The notes beneath the pieces are model-generated. The model ran no database searches. It saw only the letters and a list, made by a program, of their open reading frames with translations, and was not told the origin of the DNA. The position numbers were made by a program, and so were the translations under genes. From an uncultured Nitrososphaeraceae archaeon (GTDB lineage: Archaea; Thermoproteota; Nitrososphaeria; Nitrososphaerales; Nitrososphaeraceae), in contig CAWGVG010000040.1 in assembly GCA_963825865.1 (NCBI GenBank), forward strand, positions 1-27,876: 27,876 nt of DNA, in the 5' to 3' direction. This document shows positions 10,134 to 19,338 of the stretch, one piece after another. Each line of letters opens with the position of its first letter. Positions within the stretch are counted from its first letter, which is position 1.

Positions 10134-10305
10134 ATGCTACTACAACAGCAACAGTATATTACAATAGCCATTTTTGCATTTGTGTATTTACTCATTGTAG
10201 CAAGAAGGAAATTCCATATTCCAATTTGGACATCAATGCTAATTGGTGCTGGGCTTATGATTGGATTTAGAGTTACAAGTATTGAATCTGCATTTGCAAT
10301 CAATC
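10134..10305 (+). pseudogene. N-terminal fragment of an ArsB/NhaD-type permease
   Basis: IAIFAFVYLLIVARRKFHIPIWTSMLIGAGLMIGF..SIESAF = first two TM helices; then switches to unrelated acidic sequence. Confidence 0.55.
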
Positions 10306-10644
10306 AAACAACTGACCCAAATGACCTAACAGCAGATTTAGAAGATGGAGTTGCGGAAGGAAGGGTTTGGGAATGGATTAATTGGTAGCAGTCTACTAGT
10401 AGCATAATAACAAATCTTGGTTATGCTTTATCATTCCTTTTTTGTTGTTATTTAACATTCAATGGTTATTTTATTGTATATGTATGATTAAACTAGAGTC
10501 TTACTGCTGGTACATAATCGATGGTGTGTTTTTCTAAATCATTTATTGAATACTTGCGGTGCAAGCAAATTCCTGTCATGCTAAAGTTAAGATTGCTAAA
10601 GCTAACCTTAAATTTGCTCATGATCCTTAAAATTATTAAAAATT

Positions 10645-11044
10645 ATGACTCACGGAGTAGTAATTCCAAAATTCATAGATTATGGTAATAATTTAAAATA
10701 CTTTATTCCTAGGTTTGCTAAAATTCAGAGGGGAGAAATTATTGAATGGACTAATTTAGACATAAAATTACATACTTTAGCCTTTTATTATAGACTAGAA
10801 TATACGATATTGGAAAACTTGGACCAATAGGTTCCGGCGAATCTCAACATATGACATTCGACTATAGTGATGTAGAGCGGATTGATTATCATTGTGAAAC
10901 TCATCCTAATGAGACAGGGACTGTGATAATTCTTCCCAAAAACGAGGAGTCAATGACGAACACAGAACGATTAAGATTTCTAAGTAGTTTTTTAATCTTA
11001 AACTTCCTGAGCCGTACAGCCATTTGGGAAGTACCACACGATAA
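10645..11044 (+). pseudogene. Cupredoxin (plastocyanin/amicyanin-like) domain protein, frameshifted near 10805
   Basis: YFIPRFAKIQRGEIIEWTNLDIKLHTL, then in a shifted frame GPIGSGESQHMTF...DYHCETHPNETGTVII. His, Cys and His ligands are present; no signal peptide. Confidence 0.7.
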
Positions 11045-11061
11045 AGAGCGGATATCATCGC

Positions 11062-11412
11062 ATGAGTGGAGAAAATTTCTCTAATAAAATTAATCCATAT
11101 GACCCTGATGAACTAAAAAAGTATTTTGACCCACTAGTGTTCCAAAATCTAAATGATTTGACTATTTCAGAAATCAGATGGATGCGTTTAACTATTGCTT
11201 TTTGGGATCTATCTGGTTTTTCTGAATTATGCAAGCAGCTAATAGATAATCAATCCTTTCTTAAAAGAATATTTTGATGAAGGAGCCAAGGTTATTAGCG
11301 ATCGTAATGGCATTTTGGATAAATTCATTGGTGATGGCATAATGGCATACTTTGGATATCCAGGAGATGATGCTAATAATTCGCCGACGGAAGCAATCAT
11401 GGCTGCATTACA
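11062..11412 (+). pseudogene. Class III adenylate/guanylate cyclase, frameshifted near 11265 and 3'-truncated
   Basis: LTIAFWDLSGFSEL, then KEYFDEGAKVISDRNGILDKFIGDGIMAYFG...AIMAAL. Both metal-binding Asp motifs are present; the second half of the domain is absent. Confidence 0.8.
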
Positions 11413-11449
11413 CTACTACTGATGGGTGGTGGCAAAATCATATATAACT

Positions 11450-11620
11450 GATAAAAGGATTATATTTCATTCCTAGAACTTATAGCGTAGGTACTATTTT
11501 TCACGAAATAGGCCATTATATTGATAGGGTAAAGTATAACAAGCCAGCAGATGACCAGCTTAATCCAAAAAGCTGATGCATATGCAGACGAAATGATAAA
11601 GAGCAATTTTCCATATGACA
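11450..11620 (+). pseudogene. HEXXH zinc-metallopeptidase-like fragment
   Basis: YSVGTIFHEIGHYID (HEIGH at 11502-11516), followed after a frameshift near 11570 by ADAYADEMIK. Confidence 0.5.
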
Positions 11621-11700
11621 CTTCTGCAAGTCATTCTATAGGAAATGAGTATACTCATACGTTCATATTTGGAATATAACCATATCATTTCGAACTATTA

Positions 11701-11941
11701 ATGAGCTACGGAAGAGGTTACAGTGGTGGCAGCAAGCTTTGGCAGCAGAAGCTTCAGTGCAAAGCCTGTTGAAACGGGTAAAGAATACGATGTACAGATT
11801 ACAGAGACAAGTAGGAAGGGCGATGGTGTTGCCAGAATACAAGGATTTGTGATTTTTGTAAAGAATGGACTAGCAGGACAGAACGTAAAGGCAAAGATTA
11901 TTCAAGTAGGAGAGAGATTCGCTACAGCAGAAATTGTATAA
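11701..11941 (+). CDS. Single TRAM-domain RNA-binding protein, one extra base near 11734
   Basis: ATG 11701 MSYGRGYSGGS joins, after removing one A, to SFGSRSFSAKPVETGKEYDVQITETSRKGDGVARIQGFVIFV...FATAEIV. Span 241 nt = 80 codons + 1. Confidence 0.9.
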
Positions 11942-12761
11942 GAATCTCACATTTCCTAATTAAACACATACTCTATTTTACTGTCCAATTTTTGACCAAA
12001 AATTCAATTTTTAACTGATGAAGAATTTTTAGTAGAAGAGATATCATGCACAATATAATTGGTAATTAAAGTAGAACCCTTGGAATGAGAATATCTATAA
12101 CCAACAATATCCTACTGGTACCTCACTGCAATGAATACTGAACATGTTTTGCAATCACTATCGTATCGACAAGTCAGGGTGAAGGAGCGCAATATTGTCT
12201 CAGTGAAGGAAGAAAAGCCATCTACAATTTATCTATAATCGAGTGTATGATGGAATGCAATCTGGAAAGTGCCAAGAATATAATATTGATAACAATACGT
12301 CGTTGCTTACAAGAGACGAACGTTTCAAGCAATTTATGGATAGGGCCTTATGCCGTTATTCCTTCACTAAGAGAAGAAGAAAAGAACTATCTGCTAATAT
12401 CTCCAAGATGGACTGGTTTTAGCACCATTACCATCGTCATTACCTATACCTGATAAAGAAGAATAGTCACGACGTCAGCAAAGTATCTTTCCAAATTCTG
12501 TTCTTTGTCTGAAATGATACCAGCCCTACAGTATATCCAGACTTACATTAATAATGTACCTCTGAATTAGGAGGAATACGCAGAACAATAAAAGAACGCA
12601 CATCTGAACATAAGTAGAGAATAATGCATAACTAGCTAGTCAGTAATTATCTTTCTATCTGCTATCTTCTTCTTTCGAACACTTAGGGAAAATGTTCCGA
12701 GGATTTAGGTCCACCTTATTCTCTAGAACATTTATCTAATCGTTCTTTAGTCTACCGGGAT

Positions 12762-12902
12762 TCCTTATGTAAAATCATACAACAAAGTTGTATCAACACG
12801 CTAGATGATAATACAAATTATGAGCGTCCTTATGTAAAATCTGAAGATAAACTGCTTTATAGAGCATGACTATCTTACAATATCGTCGGCAACCTTATGT
12901 AA
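12762..12902 (+). repeat. Three CCTTATGTAA direct repeats with exact 65-bp period
   Basis: CCTTATGTAA starts at 12763, 12828 and 12893. The first two share 15 bp (TCCTTATGTAAAATC); intervening sequences are unrelated. Confidence 0.75.
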
Positions 12903-13195
12903 GTACGACTTATTGTCTGTTAATCCTGTTTCTATGAATATTTAATGGGGTTTGTGGCATATGTCCAACCATAAATGTCTATTCGTTCTATTTGTCTAGG
13001 TGGTAGTGCTATTATAGGGAGCTTATCCATTCTACTTTTAGATTGTATAACAAAAGGTCTTGTTATCACATTCAGATGTATTTGTGGGAAATCTTTCTAG
13101 ATCTATCATATCTCAATATCATATTCCAATAATTGCCAAACAATGGAGAACATGTTAGCTTAAACTGAAACAGTGTTTAAATAATTATACGGTAA

Positions 13196-14147
13196 ATGAC
13201 TGTTCATATGAAAATCATAAGTTCAATATATGATAATAACAATAATTGCAATTCGTCCTCTTCTTCTATTCATGATCATATGGCAGTAACTGATCCTGAA
13301 TATGGTGAGATTGTTTGTAGTAATTGTGGTCAGGTATTGACAGAAAAGGTCCAACAGAATCGTGCTGAACGGCGTGGATTTGATACTTTAGACGAAAGTA
13401 CAAAGAGTAAAACAGGAGGCCCTAGTTCTCTAGCAAGACATGATAAGGGACTTGCCACATTGATCAGTAGAACAGACAAGGATGCTAGTGGACAAAGAAT
13501 AAATGGAGCAACGCATACTACAATGGAAAGATTAAGGAAATGGGATTCTAGAACACAAATTCATACACCTACAGATAGAAACCTTAGTCAAGCATTCAAT
13601 AAACTTGATTTATTGAAAGACAAACTTACATTACCAGATGCTGCAACAGAAAAAACGGCTTATATCTATAGAAAAGCTCAAGCAAGAGGACTAACTCGAG
13701 GAAGGACAATACCATCTGTATTATCTGCAGCAGTGTACATTGCATGTAGAGAAATGGGAATTCCAAGGACATTAAACGATGTATCTACTGCCAGTAATAT
13801 AAGACGCAAAACAATTTCAAGAACATATAGACTACTGATTCTTGAGCTTGAGATCAAAGTTCCAATGGTTGACCCAATGAAATGTATTGTGAAAGTAGCA
13901 AACAAAGCTAATTTAAGTGAAAGTACCAGCCGTAAAGCAATTAGCATTATGAATGAAATTAGGAAAAATGAAACATTATCCGCTGGAAAAGACCCTATGG
14001 GACTTGCGAGCTACAGTTCTTTATTTATCATCACTTAAAGCAGGTGAAAACATAACCCAAGACAACATTTCAAATGCAGCGGGAATAACAGGTGTAACAT
14101 TAAGAACTAGATTCAAAGCTTTAAAGAGTCAACTACAGTTAAACTAA
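13196..14147 (+). CDS. tfb: Transcription initiation factor IIB paralogue, frameshift near 14008
   Basis: TDPEYGEIVCSNCG, HDKGLAT.I, RLRKWD.R, RGR...AAVYIACR...PRTL, GKDPMGLA, and shifted-frame ATVLYL...TQ..I..AAGITGVTLR.R. Confidence 0.92.
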
Positions 14148-14199
14148 AATCAAATAAATCATTGAAACAGAAGTGGATCCAATAATAATAAAAAATGAG

Positions 14200-14320
14200 A
14201 TCTGGAATGACCTCTACCTTTGATATCATAAAATGTCATACCGCCGACTTTATTTTTGTGAAGGGTATCATTAACTTCTGCTATATGCTCGTGAGAAACT
14301 ATTATATCTAATCTTTTCAT
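14200..14320 (-). pseudogene. N-terminal fragment of a P-II family regulator
   Basis: MKRLDIIVSHEHIAEVNDTLHKNKVGGMTFYDIKGRG, broken at the start of the T-loop. Confidence 0.75.
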
Positions 14321-14559
14321 TTTAAAACTAACTGCTTGTTTTCGGTATAGAAAATAATGGTTATATATACACACAAAAAAGAAAAACTGCTGCGGGCTTA
14401 TTACATTTTGATATTATCATTATTGTAATCAGATGATACGTTAGCTTTTTAATAATATCCTTTAGTTACTCAGTTCATAATAATACTATTAACACACAGT
14501 TTGGGCTATATTATGTTCATGACATCCAAGGGATTGTGATAATAGAAGAGAAGAGAAGA

Positions 14560-14715
14560 GAAAAACCCAGACATCATCATTTTCCCCTTCTCTATAAAGG
14601 TTCTTGCTTTTTAGCCTCAAGTATACCTTCTCCTTCTTCTTCAAAAATTTCTTTAATCTTATTAAATACTTCTCCTTTGTTGCAGGAGACTTGATAGCAT
14701 AGAGGTTTAAAATGA
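14560..14715 (-). pseudogene. Remnant resembling the N-terminal domain of a thaumarchaeal tyrosine recombinase
   Basis: LYAIKSPATKEKYLIRLKKFL...WVF resembles, from recall, the YA.K.P.T...Y..RL..F start of this family. No catalytic region. Confidence 0.4.
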
Positions 14716-14987
14716 TGCACATTTCTCAGTCTCCCCGAAACGGGAAGTATGTGATAATTTTATCTACAGCACAGTTGCAAAAGATGAGAAAGGATTCGGA
14801 AAACAAAAGAATATGGACAAAAAAAGCCGAACTATGTTCATGTTGTTTACGACTGGTCTTTATACTAGTTGAATCTGATGCTGGTACCTCTTCTAAAAAA
14901 ATGGAACACATTGCAACCAAACAAGAGATAGAAAACCTTGCAAGGAAATTTGGAGTAAAATTAGAGCTATTTTATCCTAAAAAGTAA
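14712..14987 (+). CDS. Hypothetical protein
   Basis: 91-aa ORF with protein-like composition; no recognised motif. Confidence 0.3.
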   Translation: MMHISQSPRNGKYVIILSTAQLQKMRKDSENKRIWTKKAELCSCCLRLVFILVESDAGTSSKKMEHIATKQEIENLARKFGVKLELFYPKK

Positions 14988-15049
14988 TGAATTGAAATCG
15001 TCAGCTGCGCTTATGCTTAAGTCATATATACTCTTTTGATTCAAAAATA

Positions 15050-15480
15050 ACTGCTGCAGTTAGCCCAGAAGCATCATTAATTCCATCGCCAATCATTGCA
15101 ACTGCTGTTTTACATTATTATTATTATTGCCTTCTATTCGTTGCTGTTTCTGAATTTATATTACAGCATCAGCTTTTCCTGATGGAATGACATTTGTAAA
15201 TATGCTTTCGATCCGTATTGAATATGCAATCTCTTTTGCAGTATTTTCATTATCACCTGTAAGCATAACTGACTCTATTCCGAGGAATAAGGCACAAACA
15301 GCCTCCTTGGCACCAGATTTTGGTATATCAAGTAATCCTATTATTCTCTAGTTTTTCAATTGTCTGTACTGCTGAAGAAGAAACATCTATTTTTTGGTCT
15401 TGTATAAATGTCTGGTTACCTATCTTGATTGTCAGACCGTTATAAGCAGTAGCAATGACACCATGTCTTGGCATAGCTTG
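15050..15480 (-). pseudogene. Decayed internal fragment of a heavy-metal P1B-type ATPase
   Basis: Minus strand across frames: AMPRHGV, VMLTGDNENTAKEIA, PSGKAD, VAMIGDGINDASGLTAA, with stops and deletions. Confidence 0.85.
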
Positions 15481-15653
15481 CAATTCTACATTGCTATCGT
15501 ATCTGTAGAGCTAGTTGATTCTGTGCATGCATAATTAACCCTTCATTGCAATTTCTTTGATTTGCACTGCATTAATTTAGATACCTAATATCTTGGGAGA
15601 TAGCATTCTGATCGTATGTGTTAAATATTTGATTTATCTTTTATGATGATAAT

Positions 15654-15872
15654 ATGTCTTCATCGACTGAATTAACAAACACGGCATATGATATTTTGAA
15701 AGTCTTGGGCAAGGAAGCGGACTTTATGTATGATACAATTGAAACTTATATCAAAGACGCACAGAATGCCAATAAATCAGAGTTAGTAGAAATATGGCAA
15801 ACTATCAAACAAGATAGAAAAAAACATATGCATATGCTTAAAGAAGCTTTAGAAAAAGAGATTCACGGATAA
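15654..15872 (+). CDS. Small helical protein, ferritin-like half-bundle
   Basis: Intact 72-aa ORF with an upstream TTAAATAT box. Pattern Y..DA......L...W..I..D...H...L matches short ferritin-like hypotheticals. Confidence 0.75.
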   Translation: MSSSTELTNTAYDILKVLGKEADFMYDTIETYIKDAQNANKSELVEIWQTIKQDRKKHMHMLKEALEKEIHG

Positions 15873-16121
15873 ATACCTTTTGAATCTACTACTATTTTCT
15901 TTGATATGCAGTAGTAGCAACCTCTACATTGACGACGTTCTAACAAAGATCAAAATAAAAATAAAATATGTGTTATTTGTTCTCTTGCTCTAATTCTTCT
16001 AGTAATACTTTAACTAGCAAGAAACCTGTATTAAATATAGAAGCAAATAGTTGAGGCTTGGACATAATTCCAGATTCGTATTTTTGGCAATGTCCAAATA
16101 GTTAGAGTGTATATATAATAT

Positions 16122-16463
16122 ATGTCAAAAGTATCTGATTATAAAAAGTTAACAGAACAAGAAATTGAACAACAAGTTACCAAGTTACAAGGATGGAAAT
16201 TTGTTAATGGAAAGCTAAATCAGAACTTTGAATTTGATAACTTTGTTCAGGCATTTGGTTTTATGGTAAAGGTAGCAATGCGCGCAGAGAAGATGAATCA
16301 TCATCCAGAATGGTTCAACGTATATAATCGCGTTACTATTGACTTGGTAACTCATGACATTGGAGGAATAAGCAATTATGATATCAGATTAGCAGAGATT
16401 ATTAACCAGCTATATAATACAGCAAATGAGAAAAAAGAATATGATGGGAAGAAAAATATGTGA
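16122..16463 (+). CDS. phhB: Pterin-4-alpha-carbinolamine dehydratase
   Basis: [43 protein letters not shown]. Confidence 0.95.
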   Translation: MSKVSDYKKLTEQEIEQQVTKLQGWKFVNGKLNQNFEFDNFVQAFGFMVKVAMRAEKMNHHPEWFNVYNRVTIDLVTHDIGGISNYDIRLAEIINQLYNTANEKKEYDGKKNM

Positions 16464-16879
16464 TTGTACTAACCGTTCTTTTCATTATCTCTATTGTTTA
16501 TCTTTTATCATCTAATAATATGATTTGAATGAACAAAAAGTGTAAAATAATGATGGAAAAGAGGAAAATTGAAGTTTAGCTTAACGAAGGTACCACCGTC
16601 TAGAATAACCATAACCACATCATAACGGTATATAATGAGCCTCTATTTATGAAATGCTTACGTCTACGGAATGCAGATAGTGACATACTACCTTATTCAG
16701 AGTATCCCAAAATAAGATACTGTATAATTGGGGTATATGGATATACAGCATAATTTCTTCAAAATGGAAAGAGAAAAGAAGGACAAGATAAATACATGAA
16801 GTTAAAGCACGGTACTAGATAGCATATGCAGTTACAATATCTTTCAACTCAATAAATTTACTTATCTAAGCCGCTAGGT

Positions 16880-17241
16880 CTCCTAGTGGTGAGCCAAGCA
16901 ATATCACAGTATGGTGTAGACAAGGTTGAGGTATACTTTGTAGCCTTTGATGAAGTCGTACCGATTTTCATTCAAGCGCAAAACCACCCTTTTCTCTCCA
17001 AAGTAAAATGGTATGGTAGCGACGGTTCTGCACTAAATAATAAAATTATAAGAAATCCTGGAGCCGCGAGCATTTGCAGTAAAAACAAATTTTACAACTC
17101 CGATATATGGAGTCGAGAATGATAATGATGAAAAGTTCAAACATATCGAAGCTCAAATTCATGAACAGATAGAAAGAACTCCTAGATCCTTATGCCAGTG
17201 TTGCGTATGATATTCTGTGGGTAGCAGCGCTAGCTGATTAG
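16880..17241 (+). pseudogene. Internal fragment of a type 1 (LivJ-like) ABC substrate-binding protein
   Basis: VAFDEVVPIFIQAQ.HP.LSKVKWYGSDG, then in shifted frames FAVKTNF...RTPRS and YASVAYDILWVAALA. No N-terminus. Confidence 0.65.
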
Positions 17242-17324
17242 TTAATTCTGTTGCAAAAATAGCCGAATTGTTATGAGAATCCCATGATACTCGTCCGGCT
17301 ATGCTTCTACCTTGCGAATCCTTC

Positions 17325-17563
17325 AGTAGCAAATGACTACCACCGTCAGTAACCCAAGCTTTTGGCTCTAACTTGAAATCTGGAGCTGCCGTGATAAAAG
17401 TGGGATAAATTTGCTTAAAGCCATCTTTTCCTTTCATGACGACTCCAAATGTCACATCTTCGAACACAATATCGTCTGTCAAAAGTGTGAGCACTTTTTC
17501 AACATCATGGGAGTTTTCCGTTTCTATTAGTTGTTTCAAAAGGTTATCATTGCTAGTTGCCAT
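17325..17563 (-). pseudogene. SnoaL/NTF2-like protein, 3'-truncated
   Basis: NSHDVEKVLTLLTDDIVFEDVTFGVVMKGKDG....F..AAPDFK. The rest of the track ORF runs into unrelated sequence. Confidence 0.7.
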
Positions 17564-17614
17564 TTACTAATCCGCATGCGTCTAGTGCGCTAATAAATAT
17601 TCGTAGCGAAGATG

Positions 17615-17796
17615 AGTAACAAGCCTATTATGTGATTAAAACAGCACTCTACTTTTGTACTGACATCTTCTTGTTTATGCTCTTCTATGTTCCAAATCCA
17701 GAATGGTTTGTTCTGTAATTTGTCAAAAGACTGTGTTTGTTGTTGCTGTTGAACTAGGCTGCTGCTTATCCTCTTCTTCAGATCTTTGAATGTCAT
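17615..17796 (-). pseudogene. N-terminal remnant of a terminase-large-subunit/helicase-like protein
   Basis: MTFKDLKKR...KPFWIW...H......CCFNHIIGL, recalled as the start of a multi-copy Nitrososphaeraceae terminase-like ATPase. Truncated before the Walker motifs. Confidence 0.45.
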
Positions 17797-17930
17797 TGTT
17801 GGTATGTTTCCTATCTACAGTAACAGCATCATCAACTTTATGTTTTTCTTTTTCTAATTCAGGTTTGATAGATGATGATTTGTCTGTTACAAACTTTATG
17901 GCGTCATCTACCACAGCAGCATTGTGAATA
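17723..17930 (-). pseudogene. C-terminal remnant of the small partner (terminase-small-like) protein
   Basis: NAAVVDDAIKFV...TTNTVF, overlapping the start of the previous ORF by 74 nt. Family recognised from recall only. Confidence 0.4.
17812..17877 (-). repeat. 66-bp segment duplicated in inverted orientation at 22479-22544
   Basis: Reverse complement matches 22479-22544 at 64/66 positions. Confidence 0.9.
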
Positions 17931-17942
17931 AATAAATAACTT

Positions 17943-18017
17943 CATCAGGCCAAGGAGATTGCGGCAGGGATCGTCTTTCTGGCTAGCCAGGCAGTGTCTC
18001 GCATCACTGGCATTTGA
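17943..18017 (+). pseudogene. Tiny C-terminal fragment of a short-chain dehydrogenase/reductase
   Basis: GC-rich patch translating HQAKEIAAGIVFLASQAVSRITG (E.A..I.FLAS.....ITG motif). Confidence 0.5.
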
Positions 18018-18034
18018 CCTTGTTTAAAGGATAG

Positions 18035-18750
18035 ATAAGGGTTATGAATGCATTGACCTTTGCATTTGAGCCTTTATGGAATATCTTTTGCTGGTAGCCT
18101 TCATCATGTAATTATTTGTTATATATGGCTGCAAGTGTAGCCATGTCTCATCTTCGAATCCAAGTAGAATCCTTTTTTAAAAGTGCTGCAGATACCTTCT
18201 TGTAATTGTCTATAGTTTTCTTCTTTTCTTCATAATCCTTTTCATGTTCAAGCATAAGTTTTGGTTTTTTGTATGTAATACCAAGTTCACGGATTATTCT
18301 CCAAGTTTGCATTGGACTGACATTCATTTCTAGAATGTTGGTAAGGTATGCTGCCAAAAGCCTTATGCTCCAAGTATTTCTTAGATATCCAAAAGATCTC
18401 GGCGAATCCAGTACAATCTGTTTTATCTTTTGCTGGTTCTTTTCTGACGATATTTTTGGTATTCTACCTGCATTCTTTCTTTTGCTCCTTATGCCACCTA
18501 AACCATGTTCCTTGTATGACTTTGTCATATAGTATACGTTCCTGTAATTAACTCCAAGATTCTTGGCTATGGTTCTGTATGACATTCCTTCCATCTTCTG
18601 CTTTACAGCCACTGCTAGTCTGTATTTTTCCTTGTTTCTTGTGTTCTTGATGAAATCAAATAATTCTTTTCTCTGAATAGTAGATAACTTAAGAGGATGT
18701 GGCTTCACAGCTATGAGAACAAATAACGTAGCTAAAGATCTTGTTATCTA
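18035..18750 (-). mobile_element. IS630-family element, truncated
   Basis: ORF 18708-18148 has HTH regions, PRSFGYLRNTWS.RLL and LG.TYKKPK. A shifted frame after LLKK gives ILLGFEDETW (first Asp of the DDE triad) and breaks off near 18035. Confidence 0.85.
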
Positions 18751-19338
18751 AAATAACTGTCATTTTGGTAATAAATAGTTGATATAAAATCAGATACTTA
18801 ACTTAGCAAATGCTTACAGAATCATGTTCCTATCATATCAGCTGTATATTCAGTTTGCTATAGGAATATAACCACATAGCTAATAGAGTTGTTCCAAAGC
18901 CGAAAAGGTGGGAACTATTGCTAGCCAGGATACATCAAAGCTTACTTAGATTTTACAATTTCGCCTGTACGTGTTAACATATTTCTATAATCGCAGTTTC
19001 GCTCCTATGTCAGTTTGTTTCAACGAATCTTCGATGCTTTATATGGAGCATCAGTTTAATCTTGTTGGTTTCTACAAATGTATCTTTTTAAATATCATTG
19101 TATGTACTCACTCAGTCGTTTCAGTCCTTTGTCTTTCTACATACACAGTTTCTAGCTGTGAAAGATATGTATATCTATATGCATTCATTAGTAGCGCAGT
19201 TTCGCCTGAAATTTATAATATGCAAAGTAACACAATTGGAAGGAAGCAACATTTGTATTGTATTTTTTAATCATGCAACAATACTATCAGGTAATTAATA
19301 GCAACGAGTGGAGTAGAATCAAATGTGCTATATTTCTT

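Noticed and set aside
12060-12610. ORF 12247-12453 and alternative frames
   Set aside because: The frames I translated by eye on both strands gave no recognisable family.
12762-12902. Calling the periodic repeat a CRISPR array
   Set aside because: Shared repeat is only 10-15 bp, there are three units and no cas genes; kept as an unexplained repeat.
17159-17325. C-terminal part of the 134-aa SnoaL track ORF
   Set aside because: Read-through into unrelated sequence and antisense to the substrate-binding protein fragment.
18032-18750. TAGATAA at both ends as IS630 terminal inverted repeats
   Set aside because: Only 7 bp, and one copy lies inside the truncated DDE coding frame.
18971-19298. 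Two overlapping plus-strand ORFs
   Set aside because: Cys/Phe/Tyr-rich composition typical of spurious AT-rich frames.
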